A stretch of 64,000 bases of DNA from an uncultured Gammaproteobacteria bacterium (lineage in GTDB: Bacteria; Patescibacteriota; Microgenomatia; Levybacterales; GWA1-39-11), in NCBI GenBank assembly GCA_964409875.1, contig CAYPEN010000004.1, positions 107,784 through 171,783 on the forward strand. Direction: 5' to 3'. Positions 19,346-29,386 of the stretch are shown here, in pieces. The notes beneath the pieces are model-generated. The model saw only the letters and a program-made list of their open reading frames with translations, did not search any database and was not told the DNA's origin. How positions within the stretch are numbered: the first letter of the stretch is position 1; every line of letters starts with the position of its first letter. Position numbers and translations under genes: made by a program.

Positions 19346-19822
19346 ATGGACACAAAGAAAAAAATTTTCGTAACAAAACAAGGGCTTGAGGAGCTAAAAA
19401 AAGAGCTTCAGCAGCTGGAAAAGGTTAATAGGCCTCAGGTGCTCGAAAGAGTCTCTCAGGCAAGGGCGATGGGTGATCTTTCAGAGAATTCTGAGTATAC
19501 TGCAGCCAGGGAAGAACTTTCACTAATAGATTCGAGGATTGAAGAACTTCAAGAAATGCTGAAAAAAGTTGAGATAATTGATGAAAGTAAGGCCTCAAAA
19601 AAAGTGTCAGAAGTGCAACTTGGTTCAACGGTAACGGTTAAAATCAATGGTAAAAAAGAGGTTTTTGAACTCGTTGGCGAATGGGAAGCCGACCCTGCTG
19701 AGAAAAAGATTTCACACGAATCCCCCCTCGGTAAAGCTCTCATTGGGAAAGCCTTAAATGATAAAATTGAAGTTGAGGCGCCGGCAGGTAAGATACTTTA
19801 TCATATCGTTGAAATAAGTTAA
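19346..19822 (+). CDS. greA: Transcription elongation factor GreA
   Basis: AR.MGDLSENSEY.AA, IS..SPLGKAL.GK, APAG. Confidence 0.97.
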   Translation: MDTKKKIFVTKQGLEELKKELQQLEKVNRPQVLERVSQARAMGDLSENSEYTAAREELSLIDSRIEELQEMLKKVEIIDESKASKKVSEVQLGSTVTVKINGKKEVFELVGEWEADPAEKKISHESPLGKALIGKALNDKIEVEAPAGKILYHIVEIS

Positions 19823-19847
19823 GTTTTACTTACAAATTCTCAACGAT

Positions 19848-19871
19848 AAACCCCAGAAATGGGGTTTTTTT
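19848..19871 (+). terminator. Intrinsic terminator after greA
   Basis: AAACCCCA-GAAA-TGGGGTTTTTTT. Confidence 0.85.
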
Positions 19872-19903
19872 GTATTTGAACGTTTTTACCATATAATTAC
19901 AGT

Positions 19904-21397
19904 ATGTTTTGGGCAGATAAATTATTACAAAATAGACACGGACGCGAATGGGTTAACGACGCTTGGACCCCCTCCGGAATTGTGCATATGGGTGGACTCA
20001 AAGGTCCTGTAATCCATGATGTGCTTTTCAGGGTATTGAACGCACAGGGGAAAGAGGTAAAGTACACATTTGGTTTTGATGATATGGATGCAATTGACGG
20101 GTTGCCGGATAATTTGAAGGAAAAACTCGGAGATTATATGGGAGTTCCCGTTTGCTGTGCTCCAGCACCAGAAGGTGAGGGAACTTTTGGCGATTATTAC
20201 GCAAAATTCATGCGCGATATGTTTTTACAACTTAATATACAAGCTGAAATATATTTAGCATCCGACTATTACAAAAAAGGCGTATATGATGAGGCAATTC
20301 GGTTTGTTCTTGATAACGCAGACAAGGTGCGACAAGTATATTCTGAGATGTACAGCAAGGAAGTACCCGACACATGGTTTCCACTCCAAGTTATTTGTCC
20401 GAATTGTGGCAAAGTAGGAACGACAACTGTAACGGGGTGGGATGGGAATGAAGTAATGTATGAGTGTTCGCCGACAAAAGTAAAGTGGGCGCAAGGATGC
20501 GAGACCAAAGGCAGTATTTCACCTTTTGGTGGAAATGCAACAATGCCCTTCAAAGTCGAATGGGCTGCTAAATGGTGGACATTTAAGGTAACAATTGAAG
20601 GAGCAGGGAAAGATCACGCTTCAGCCGGTGGTACGTATGATATTGCAAGGAAATTAGTAAAAGATGTTTTTTCTCAAGAGCCGCCGCTTTGGCTTCCTTA
20701 TGAATTTTTTCTTTATGATGGAAAGAAAATGTCCTCATCAAAAGGTTTAGGACTTACCGGTCAAGAATTGCTCGAAGTTGTTCCGCCGCAGTTAGTGCGT
20801 TTTCTTATGATAAAAACCGAACCCAATTCGGCTGTAGAATTCAATCCCTTTGGTACGCAAATAATCCCCAAGCTCTACGATGATTATCAAAAAGCGGCAT
20901 TGGAGTTTGAAAGTGGTGAGAAAACAGATTTAGCTAGAGCGTTCGAACTTTCTCAAATCGAAACTGTGCAGATGCCGCCAAAATTCCGTTTTCTCACCCT
21001 TGCCCAATGGGTACAAATGCCCAACATGGAAGAGGAAATTAAAAAAGAAGGACTGGAAGAATGGGCAAAATATGCTAAAGTCTGGGTTGAAAAATACGCA
21101 CCTGAAAATGATAAGTTTCTTATTCAGAAAGAGTTACCCGACACCTCAAACCTGTCAGAGAGTCAAAAGGAATATCTTCATGTTCTTGCCTCCCTATTTG
21201 AAAGTGAAATCTCGGCAGAAGAATTACAAACCGCTATCTATAATTTGGCAAAAGAAAAAGGAGTTAGCTCTATAGATGCATTTAAAGCAATTTACACTAC
21301 GTTTCTTGGAAAAGACCATGGGCCAAAAGCTGCGTGGTTATTGCAAAGTCTTGATAGAGAGTTTGTAAAAAAGCGATTGTTAGAAAGTGCCTCTTAA
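19904..21397 (+). CDS. lysS: Class I lysyl-tRNA synthetase
   Basis: MFWAD, TPSG.VHMG, DDMD, CPNCG, GKDH...GG, KMSSSKG, GPKA. Confidence 0.95.
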   Translation: MFWADKLLQNRHGREWVNDAWTPSGIVHMGGLKGPVIHDVLFRVLNAQGKEVKYTFGFDDMDAIDGLPDNLKEKLGDYMGVPVCCAPAPEGEGTFGDYYAKFMRDMFLQLNIQAEIYLASDYYKKGVYDEAIRFVLDNADKVRQVYSEMYSKEVPDTWFPLQVICPNCGKVGTTTVTGWDGNEVMYECSPTKVKWAQGCETKGSISPFGGNATMPFKVEWAAKWWTFKVTIEGAGKDHASAGGTYDIARKLVKDVFSQEPPLWLPYEFFLYDGKKMSSSKGLGLTGQELLEVVPPQLVRFLMIKTEPNSAVEFNPFGTQIIPKLYDDYQKAALEFESGEKTDLARAFELSQIETVQMPPKFRFLTLAQWVQMPNMEEEIKKEGLEEWAKYAKVWVEKYAPENDKFLIQKELPDTSNLSESQKEYLHVLASLFESEISAEELQTAIYNLAKEKGVSSIDAFKAIYTTFLGKDHGPKAAWLLQSLDREFVKKRLLESAS

Positions 21398-21444
21398 TTA
21401 TCTTCGCCTTAAAAACATCTTCTCCATTTTGCTACAATGAGTTA

Positions 21445-23265
21445 ATGTTAGGTATAAAGAAACCTGATTTTGAGAAAGGGCAGAAAACATTTAGAACTTC
21501 ATATCGCCTTATAAAAATGCTTTTTAAGGTTAACAAAGGCATCTTTTTTGGTAATCTAATTGTTTTTGCGATACCTGCAATTATTCCTTTCGTAAATGCC
21601 TATATTTATAAGCTCATTATTGACTTAGTTGTAGCATCAATAACTACATCGTTGCCTTTTAATTACCACCAATTTTTTATTCTATTATTGTTCCGTGTTA
21701 CAACACTCTTGGTTCAAGACTATTCTTACTCACTGCAAACTTACATCGAACAAATTACATATTATAAATTTCCTGCTCATATTTATAGTGCAGTCCTTGG
21801 TAAAATCTCCGGTCTTGATATGTACTATTTTGAAAATAGTTCATTCAGGGACACACTGGAAAAGGTGCGCAGTTCGTATGAATGGAGACCACTCAACATG
21901 ATGAGCTCACTCTTTTATATGTATCAAAGTGTTTTACAAGTAATTATTGCTTTTGTTGCTTTAATATTCCTGAATCCCATTTTTATTGTCATTATTTTAT
22001 TATTTTCTATTCCTGCATTCATTGTGCAGACAAAGTATGCCAGTATTGAATGGGGAATTTGGCACGATACCACTCCTAAGAGGAAAAAATTTTATTACAT
22101 TTCGGGATTACTTCAAGATAGCGCTAGTATTAAGGAAATAAAGATTTTTCAAACTGCAACAAAATTTCTTACAGAAATGAATTCACTCTACGGCTCGTAT
22201 GTGAATAAAGGTGTCCGGTCAGGTAAAAAGCTATTCCGTACCAATATTTTACTTAACACAATTTCAGTCGCAATCTATACTGGAATAGAGGTATATATAG
22301 TCTTTCTTGCAATCATAAAACAAATCACAATTGGTAGTGTGAGTTATTACATTCAAGTTGTATCTAACTTTCAGATGGGGGTTGGTGGACTATTCCGTAA
22401 TGCTACTGCTCTTTTTGCCCAGTCGTTATACGTAGATGAGATATTTAAAGTTATGGATGCGCCTGAAGTTATACCCCGAAGACGTGATGGAGTTATTCTA
22501 GATTCGAAGTTTCCCCCGAAAATTGAGTTCCGTAACATAAGCTTTTCTTATCCCGATTCGGATGAAAAGGTTTTCGACAATTTTTCCTTAATAATTGAAC
22601 CTGGTGAAAAAATTGCTCTTGTTGGGGAAAATGGAGCTGGCAAAACAACATTAATGAAGCTTTTAGCACGGTTTTATGATGTCGATTTTGGACAAATACT
22701 TATCAATGATATCGATATAAAAGATTTGGATTTATCTTCTTGGTATAAAAAAATTGGAATACTTTTCCAGGATTTTATGAGGTATGAGTACAGCCTGGAG
22801 GATAATATATATTTTGGAAAAGTGTGGGAAGAAAAAAGCTTGGAAGAAATAAAAGAAGCAGCAAAATTTGCAGGAGCCTCCGAGATAGCAGAGCAACTTA
22901 CGCATGGATACCAGCAAATTTTAGGAAAAACTTTTGATGATGGAGAAGAATTGTCCGTCGGGCAATGGCAAAAAGTTGCTCTTGCCCGCGCATTTCTAAG
23001 AGATGCACCGATATTAATTCTTGATGAACCCACAGCATCAATTGACGCAAAAGCTGAAGCAGAAATATTTGGAAAAGTCGACCGTTTGTCAAAAGACAAA
23101 ACAGTCATTATAATTTCACATAGATTTTCAACAGTGAGGAATGCAGATAGAATTTATGTTATTAAAAAGGGAAAAATTAGAGAGCAAGGTTCTCATGAGG
23201 AGTTGATGGAGCAAAAAGGAATTTACTCGACACTCTTTAATTTGCAAGCGAAGGGATATCAGTAA
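21445..23265 (+). CDS. ABC exporter, fused permease/ATPase
   Basis: TM domain plus GENGAGKTT, LSVGQWQKVALAR, ILDEPT, ISHR. Confidence 0.93.
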   Translation: MLGIKKPDFEKGQKTFRTSYRLIKMLFKVNKGIFFGNLIVFAIPAIIPFVNAYIYKLIIDLVVASITTSLPFNYHQFFILLLFRVTTLLVQDYSYSLQTYIEQITYYKFPAHIYSAVLGKISGLDMYYFENSSFRDTLEKVRSSYEWRPLNMMSSLFYMYQSVLQVIIAFVALIFLNPIFIVIILLFSIPAFIVQTKYASIEWGIWHDTTPKRKKFYYISGLLQDSASIKEIKIFQTATKFLTEMNSLYGSYVNKGVRSGKKLFRTNILLNTISVAIYTGIEVYIVFLAIIKQITIGSVSYYIQVVSNFQMGVGGLFRNATALFAQSLYVDEIFKVMDAPEVIPRRRDGVILDSKFPPKIEFRNISFSYPDSDEKVFDNFSLIIEPGEKIALVGENGAGKTTLMKLLARFYDVDFGQILINDIDIKDLDLSSWYKKIGILFQDFMRYEYSLEDNIYFGKVWEEKSLEEIKEAAKFAGASEIAEQLTHGYQQILGKTFDDGEELSVGQWQKVALARAFLRDAPILILDEPTASIDAKAEAEIFGKVDRLSKDKTVIIISHRFSTVRNADRIYVIKKGKIREQGSHEELMEQKGIYSTLFNLQAKGYQ

Positions 23266-23267
23266 TT

Positions 23268-23828
23268 ATGGATAAAATGTTTTTTGCTACAGGAAATAAA
23301 GGGAAGGCGGAAGAAGCACAGAAAATCCTGAATCATCCTATTGAAATTGTTACGCTTGAACTCGATGAGTTGCAAAGCATGGATTTGGAAAAAATTGTTG
23401 AGCATAAAGTAAGGCAAGCATATGAAATAGTTAAAGAGCCTGTTTTTGTAGATGATGTAGCGCTCTATCTGGACATTTGGGATGGTTTTCCCGGTCCCTT
23501 TGTGAAATTCATTCACGAGAAAGGCAACAAACGGTTACTGTACATGTTAAGAAATGAAGATAACAGGGATGGATTGCTTGTTGCAACTATTGGGTATTAT
23601 GATGGGGATTCAGTGCATTTTTTTAAGGGAGAACTGAAGGTTACCATTTCACGGGAAGAACAGGGAGAAGGTGGATGGGGTCTTGACCCAATCTTAATCC
23701 CAGAAGGAAAAAACCGAACATTTGGTGAAATAAGTGAGGATGAGAAAAATGCCGATTCGCATAGGAGCCGCGCGCTTTTGAAATTTAAAAAATTTTTGGA
23801 TAGTAATGCAGGTTCAAGCGAGGTATAA
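23268..23828 (+). CDS. Non-canonical purine NTP pyrophosphatase (HAM1/RdgB family)
   Basis: FATGNKGK, GFPGP.VK, WG.DPI, SHRSRA. Confidence 0.93.
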   Translation: MDKMFFATGNKGKAEEAQKILNHPIEIVTLELDELQSMDLEKIVEHKVRQAYEIVKEPVFVDDVALYLDIWDGFPGPFVKFIHEKGNKRLLYMLRNEDNRDGLLVATIGYYDGDSVHFFKGELKVTISREEQGEGGWGLDPILIPEGKNRTFGEISEDEKNADSHRSRALLKFKKFLDSNAGSSEV

Positions 23829-23844
23829 TCTCATTATATTTAAT

Positions 23845-25080
23845 ATGGTTGATTTAAAATTTATCCGGGAAAATTCTGAAAAAGTAAAAAATGGCGCTCT
23901 GTCCAAGAACATTGATATTGATGTAGAAAAAATTCTCCAACTTGATGCAAAACTACGTGAAGTTTCAACAGAAGTGCAAAAACTTCAAGCAGAAAGAAAC
24001 GCAGCTGCTCGTGAAAGAAATATTGAGCGCGGCCGTGAAATAAAAGGACAACTTGACGGACTCGAGGCAGAACAGACAAGTTTGTCCTCTCAACTTGAAG
24101 AACTCACCTCCCAAATCCCGGCCCTTCCCAAAGATGACGTTAAAATCGGTAAAAACGACACCGAAAATGACGTCATAAAGACCGTTGGGCAAATCCCGCA
24201 ATTTAGTTTTAAACCTAAGGACCATTTGGAATTGGGAGAAATTTTGGACATTATCGATGTTGTGAGAGCGGCAAAAGTGTCGGGTGCACGGTATTATTAC
24301 CTCAAAAATGAAGGTGCACTTCTGGAATTGGCGTTAGTCCGGTATGCTTTTGAAAAGCTTATATCAAAAGGTTTTACACCTATCATTCCGCCAACAATGA
24401 TCACACGAGACACTATGAAAGCTTTAGGATATATGGAAAATGGCGGAGAAGAAGATATGTTCAGTGTCCCTTCTGATGACAAATTCTTGGTCGGAACAGC
24501 CGAGCAAAGTATTGTTCCTATGCATAAAGACGAAACATTTACTGTTTCTGATCTTCCAAAAAGATACGTAGCGTACTCTTCTTCTTTCAGGAGGGAAGCT
24601 GGAAGCTACGGGAGAGATACAAGAGGAATATTACGGGTTCATGAATTCCATAAAGTTGAGATGGTAAGTTTTGTTGCTGACAGACAAGATGACGAGGAGC
24701 ATGAATTCTTGAGAAGTATTGAGGAAGAATTTTTCTCAGAACTCCAAATTCCATATCAAGTTATTAAGATGTGTACAGGGGACTTGGGCTTTCCTGCAAG
24801 CCGAAAATATGATATTGAAGCATTTATTCCAACACAGGAAAAGTATCGGGAGGTTACATCAACTTCAACAACCGGAGATTTTCAGGCACGAAGATTAAAC
24901 ATAAAATATCGAGAGGGAGAAGAGAAAAAGTTTGTAAATATTCTCAATGGAACGGCCTTTGCAATAGGCAGGACACTTATTGCGATTTTGGAAAACTATC
25001 AACAGGAGGATGGGGGCGTTGTTATTCCCGAAGTATTAAGAACCTACACCGGTTTTGATAAGATTAATCCAAAATTGTAG
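23845..25080 (+). CDS. serS: Seryl-tRNA synthetase
   Basis: GTAE, FRREAGSYGRDTRGILRVHEF.KVE, KYDIE, FQARR, LNGT; start ATG 23845. Confidence 0.97.
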   Translation: MVDLKFIRENSEKVKNGALSKNIDIDVEKILQLDAKLREVSTEVQKLQAERNAAARERNIERGREIKGQLDGLEAEQTSLSSQLEELTSQIPALPKDDVKIGKNDTENDVIKTVGQIPQFSFKPKDHLELGEILDIIDVVRAAKVSGARYYYLKNEGALLELALVRYAFEKLISKGFTPIIPPTMITRDTMKALGYMENGGEEDMFSVPSDDKFLVGTAEQSIVPMHKDETFTVSDLPKRYVAYSSSFRREAGSYGRDTRGILRVHEFHKVEMVSFVADRQDDEEHEFLRSIEEEFFSELQIPYQVIKMCTGDLGFPASRKYDIEAFIPTQEKYREVTSTSTTGDFQARRLNIKYREGEEKKFVNILNGTAFAIGRTLIAILENYQQEDGGVVIPEVLRTYTGFDKINPKL

Positions 25081-25260
25081 CTTCAAATTTTCCGTTTATT
25101 TTCCAGGTTGGCTCTTTAATTTTCGTTGTCCTTTCAATCTAAATTGCATCTTTTGTACTGTTTTTTTTGTTTGACATTTTTTTGAGCTTAGTTTAAACAT
25201 TAAATATCACAAACTTGAAGTTTTTTACCAAAACTTCATCTGCCAAAGGAGGTGATTTAC

Positions 25261-25362
25261 ATGCCGGCAAAAAAGAAAGCAGCTCCAAAAAAAGCAGCAG
25301 CAAAAAAACCAGCTGCTAAGAAAGCCCCTGCAAAAAAAGCAGCAGCAAAGAAGAAAAAATGA
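25261..25362 (+). CDS. 33-aa Lys/Ala/Pro-rich histone-H1-like microprotein (not in ORF track)
   Basis: MPAKKKAAPKKAAAKKPAAKKAPAKKAAAKKKK; AAGGAGGTGA RBS just upstream; TTGACA at 25171; downstream hairpin. Confidence 0.8.
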   Translation: MPAKKKAAPKKAAAKKPAAKKAPAKKAAAKKKK

Positions 25363-25386
25363 GTTTTCTTCTGAATTAATTTCAAA

Positions 25387-25425
25387 CAAAAGACCCTTAT
25401 TGAGTTCTTCATATAGGGTCTTTTG
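25387..25425 (+). terminator. Terminator-like hairpin after the microprotein gene
   Basis: CAAAAGACCCT ... AGGGTCTTTTG, 11-bp perfect stem. Confidence 0.7.
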
Positions 25426-25490
25426 CATCTAAAGAGGTCGTAAATGAGGTGAATTTGTGGTACAATTACTCTTCAACTACGCTCAATAAA

Positions 25491-28196
25491 ATGCTTAATT
25501 TCATCACCAAACTTTTTGACAGCAATGATAAAGAGATCAACAAATTGCTCCCCATTGTCGCGGAAGTGAATTCGTTCGAGAAAAAACTCGAAAAGTTGAA
25601 AGATTCGGATTTTCCAAAGAAGACACAGGAATTAAAGCAACGCATCGCAAAAGGGGAAAATATATATCTAGTTCTACCTGAGGCATTTGCGCTAGTTCGG
25701 GAAGCGGCAAAAAGAACTCTTGGACTTCGGCATTACGACGTGCAAATGATTGCAGCAACAGTTTTGGCACAAGGAAAAGTCGCCGAGCAAAAAACCGGAG
25801 AGGGAAAAACTCTTTCAGCAACTCCAGCTTTATATCTTCATGCACTGACTGGAAAGCCGGTTCATCTTGTTACCGTCAATGACTATCTGGCGCGGCGTGA
25901 TGCCGGGTGGATGGGTGATGTCTTTGCCTTTTTGGGGATGAGAGTGGGAGCAATTATCAACGATGCCTCTTATGTTTTCGATAAGGAATTCAGGGATGAT
26001 ACGGTTAATGATTACCGCCTTACCCATCTCAAGCCTGTGACCAGACAAGATGCGTACAAAGCGGATGTTTTGTACGGAATCAACTCTGAATTCGGATTTG
26101 ATTATCTTCGGGATAATATGGCAACTTCCATGGACCAATTAGTGCAGCGGGAGCATTATTTTGCAGTCATCGACGAGGTTGATTCAGTCCTTATTGATGA
26201 AGCAAGAACCCCGCACATTATCTCTATGCCGGATGCAACACCTTCCAACAAATACTTTGAATATGCAACCCTTATTGAGAGGCTTCAACCCATCGACTAT
26301 AAATTAGATGAAAAAAGAAGGACTGCTCATCTGACCGACCATGGAATTGGGAAAATAGAATCCATGTTTGGGGTCAAAGACATATATGAGAAAGATTTTG
26401 ATACCGTCTATCACATTGAAGCAGCACTTAAAGCAAAGCTTCTGTATCACAAAAATAAAGATTATATAGTCCGGGATAACCAGGTTATTTTAGTGGACGA
26501 ATTTACCGGTAGGCTTCTTGAAGGAAGAAGGCTTTCAGAAGGTCTCCACCAGGCAATTGAAGCAAAAGAAGGGGTCGCAATACAACAGGAGTCAAAGACA
26601 TTAGCAACAGTATCTCTTCAGAATTATTTTAGGAAATACGAACGGCTTGCCGGTATGACAGGTACGGCTGCAACGGAAGCAGAGGAATTCCATAAAATCT
26701 ACAAACTCGACGTGGTTGTAATTCCTTCAAACAGACAAATACAGCGTGAAGATGTTTCAGACCAAATATATAAAACGCAGCGTGCAAAAATAACGGCAGT
26801 TGTTAATGAAATCGAAGAGGCTCATAAAAAAGGACAACCGGTTCTTGTCGGAACCGCGTCCATTGATCACAATGAGATTGTTTCGGAAACGCTTAAAAGA
26901 CGGAATATCCCTCATGAGGTTTTGAATGCAAAAAACCATATGCGCGAGGCACTTATCATAAAGGATGCCGGTAAAAAGGGAGCGGTAACAGTCGCAACAA
27001 ATATGGCAGGACGTGGAGTTGACATCATCCTTGGAGGCCAGCCACCGTCCAGTTTTGAAACTCAATACCAGACAAAAGAGGGTAAGAAAAAATTTGAAAA
27101 AGAGATGGCCTCTTGGCAAAAAGAGCATGATGAGGTGTTGGAGCTGGGGGGACTTTACGTTATCGGTACCGAAAAGCACGAGTCAAGAAGGATAGACAAC
27201 CAGTTAAGAGGCCGTTCCGGCCGGCAAGGAGATCCTGGTAAATCTGTTTTTATCATTTCCTTGGAAGATGATTTAATGAGGGTTTTTGGAGGCGAACAAA
27301 TTGCGGGACTCATGACCCGATTTAATTTCCCCGAAGATCAACCTCTTACTCACAGTTTGGTGACAAGAGTTATCACTCAAGCGCAGGTCAAAGTCGAAGG
27401 ATTTAATTTCGAGTCACGTAAGTACACGGTTGAATACGATGATGTCCTCAACAAGCAGCGGGAAATTGTATATGGTATGAGACGGGAGCTTTTGGAGGGA
27501 AATGACCATGAGCAATTTATACTTGAAAGACTCAATAATGCAATTGACATGAGCATTGAAATGCAGTTTGCAATGCAGCCGGAAGATATAAATTCTGCAA
27601 TACTTGAGGAATTCGTAGAGATAATTCCGCTCGACGCTCATTCCCAAAAACATATTTTGGAGCAGCTTGAGACAAGACATGAGAAAGAAGAGAAAAAAGA
27701 ATTCTTGCGAACATTATCTCATGACATTTTTAAAAGACGCGAAGAAGAAGTTACAAAAGAGTTGATGAACCAACTTATAAAAGCGGTATCTTTACAGGTT
27801 ATTGATAATCTTTGGATGAACCATTTGACCGCAATGGAAGACCTTCGGATTGGAATTAGACTTCAGGCATTCTCCCAGAAAGACCCACTTGTTGAATATA
27901 AAAATGAGGCATTCGGATTATTTGAAAAATTGATTGGCGGAATTGATGATGGAATTGTAACCCGTATTTTTAAGGTTCAGATAGTAACAGAGCAACCAAC
28001 CATTGATGTTTCAGCTGCTCAAACCAATCAAGGCGCAGAAGAAGTCGGGTCGGATAATGTGAAAGAGAAAGAAGCAAAAGCAAAACAGAAAAAAATGAAA
28101 GAAACCGAGTCAGGCGAGAAGAAAAAACTTGGCCGCAACGACCCCTGCTGGTGCGGATCGGGCAAAAAGTACAAAAAATGCCATTATCCTAGCTAG
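25491..28196 (+). CDS. secA: Preprotein translocase SecA
   Basis: KTGEGKT, VTVNDYLARRD, IDEVDS.LIDEARTP, ATNMAGRG, SEC-C GRNDPCWCGSGKKYKKCH; start ATG 25491. Confidence 0.98.
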   Translation: MLNFITKLFDSNDKEINKLLPIVAEVNSFEKKLEKLKDSDFPKKTQELKQRIAKGENIYLVLPEAFALVREAAKRTLGLRHYDVQMIAATVLAQGKVAEQKTGEGKTLSATPALYLHALTGKPVHLVTVNDYLARRDAGWMGDVFAFLGMRVGAIINDASYVFDKEFRDDTVNDYRLTHLKPVTRQDAYKADVLYGINSEFGFDYLRDNMATSMDQLVQREHYFAVIDEVDSVLIDEARTPHIISMPDATPSNKYFEYATLIERLQPIDYKLDEKRRTAHLTDHGIGKIESMFGVKDIYEKDFDTVYHIEAALKAKLLYHKNKDYIVRDNQVILVDEFTGRLLEGRRLSEGLHQAIEAKEGVAIQQESKTLATVSLQNYFRKYERLAGMTGTAATEAEEFHKIYKLDVVVIPSNRQIQREDVSDQIYKTQRAKITAVVNEIEEAHKKGQPVLVGTASIDHNEIVSETLKRRNIPHEVLNAKNHMREALIIKDAGKKGAVTVATNMAGRGVDIILGGQPPSSFETQYQTKEGKKKFEKEMASWQKEHDEVLELGGLYVIGTEKHESRRIDNQLRGRSGRQGDPGKSVFIISLEDDLMRVFGGEQIAGLMTRFNFPEDQPLTHSLVTRVITQAQVKVEGFNFESRKYTVEYDDVLNKQREIVYGMRRELLEGNDHEQFILERLNNAIDMSIEMQFAMQPEDINSAILEEFVEIIPLDAHSQKHILEQLETRHEKEEKKEFLRTLSHDIFKRREEEVTKELMNQLIKAVSLQVIDNLWMNHLTAMEDLRIGIRLQAFSQKDPLVEYKNEAFGLFEKLIGGIDDGIVTRIFKVQIVTEQPTIDVSAAQTNQGAEEVGSDNVKEKEAKAKQKKMKETESGEKKKLGRNDPCWCGSGKKYKKCHYPS

Positions 28197-28246
28197 CCGC
28201 GCAGTCCCGGGAGCGAAGAGAGGCGGGACAAAAAATGCCACTACCC
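28171..28246 (+). repeat. Imperfect 19-bp direct repeat of the secA 3' end
   Basis: ACAAAAAATGCCATTATCC (28171-28189) vs ACAAAAAATGCCACTACCC (28228-28246). Confidence 0.8.
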
Positions 28247-28565
28247 AAATGAGTTTTAAGCGAACTCTTATATAAGCCTCGCATATAATCATTTTGATTT
28301 GCATTTTCTTCGAAAAAGTAAAGAACAAGGATATGAGACTACATATGGGTGCAAAAACCCACTTATTTATTGTATGTCTTTCTTCATGATTAAATTTGGA
28401 AGTTATAAAAATTTCCTGGACAATATAACGTAATTAAAATTATTGTAAGTCTGCCACTAATTTCAAAATATTTTCAGTTTGTCGTACAAACAGAAAAGAA
28501 CATGGAATGCAGGCTTCACGACGGGTGCTAAAGCGCCCAAGTGTAAGAATTTGAGGCTGGAGTTG

Positions 28566-28594
28566 TTGACAAAACTGTAAGAGTGGTGTAAGGT
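28566..28594 (+). promoter_or_regulatory. sigma70-type promoter for CAP-domain gene
   Basis: TTGACA-17 bp-TAAGGT. Confidence 0.55.
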
Positions 28595-28672
28595 TTTTAA
28601 TGTTCTTTTAGTTTCACCTCTAGAACACCTCGGATAGGAATTGTGCAAAATGCCTTCTCTTGTCTGGGGACG

Positions 28673-29335
28673 ATGTTATTTTCAAAACGCATAACTACAT
28701 TGTCGTTCTTACTATTTTTGTTAGGGATAATTCTTATAAACCCTTTCCAAGTAGTAGCATCAGTTTATTCTGACGAGACTGTAAATCAGATTAATCAGCA
28801 ACGGCAAAAGCAGGGACTCACCCCTTATACAAATTCAGATTTGCTTACAAAAGCGGCAAGAAATCACAATACTACAATGTTCAATTGCGCAAAAACATAT
28901 GGGGTTAACTCTTGTTTTTCCCATCAAGTAACTCTTCTTTCCGAACCCTACTTTTTCGATAGGATAAAAGCAACGGGTTACAATCCGCAATCAGCATCTG
29001 AAAATATTGCATGGGGATATACCACTCCCACGGCCGTTGTAAATGGTTGGATGGGGAGCGCTGGACATAGAGTCAATATTCTCGGAAACTATAAAGATAT
29101 CGGGTGTGATTTTCTGGATGGCCTGAGCGGTTCTTACCAGGGAATGTACTGGACATGCAATTTTGCTACATCAAATTCGCAACAGCCCACTGTAACCCCG
29201 ATACCCCTTCCATCTTTAACTCCAACTGCGACTCCTACACCTACCACACCTAAAACAATAACTCCTACCCCTACATCCATTCCTCAAAAACCATGGTGGT
29301 GCGCTTACGTTCCTTCTTATCCACTCTGTAAATAA
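28673..29335 (+). CDS. Secreted CAP/SCP domain protein with Pro/Thr-rich tail
   Basis: Signal peptide, IN..R...GL, ENIAWG, WM.S.GHR.NIL, YWT..F; PT repeats. Confidence 0.9.
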   Translation: MLFSKRITTLSFLLFLLGIILINPFQVVASVYSDETVNQINQQRQKQGLTPYTNSDLLTKAARNHNTTMFNCAKTYGVNSCFSHQVTLLSEPYFFDRIKATGYNPQSASENIAWGYTTPTAVVNGWMGSAGHRVNILGNYKDIGCDFLDGLSGSYQGMYWTCNFATSNSQQPTVTPIPLPSLTPTATPTPTTPKTITPTPTSIPQKPWWCAYVPSYPLCK

Positions 29336-29386
29336 TCTACACAATTTGAACTTTCATAACAAATCGTGCTTAAATGAAATAGGCAT

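Noticed and set aside
25225-25428. 67-aa minus-strand Cys/Phe-rich ORF
   Set aside because: Shadow of the plus-strand Lys/Ala microprotein, which has the RBS and terminator.
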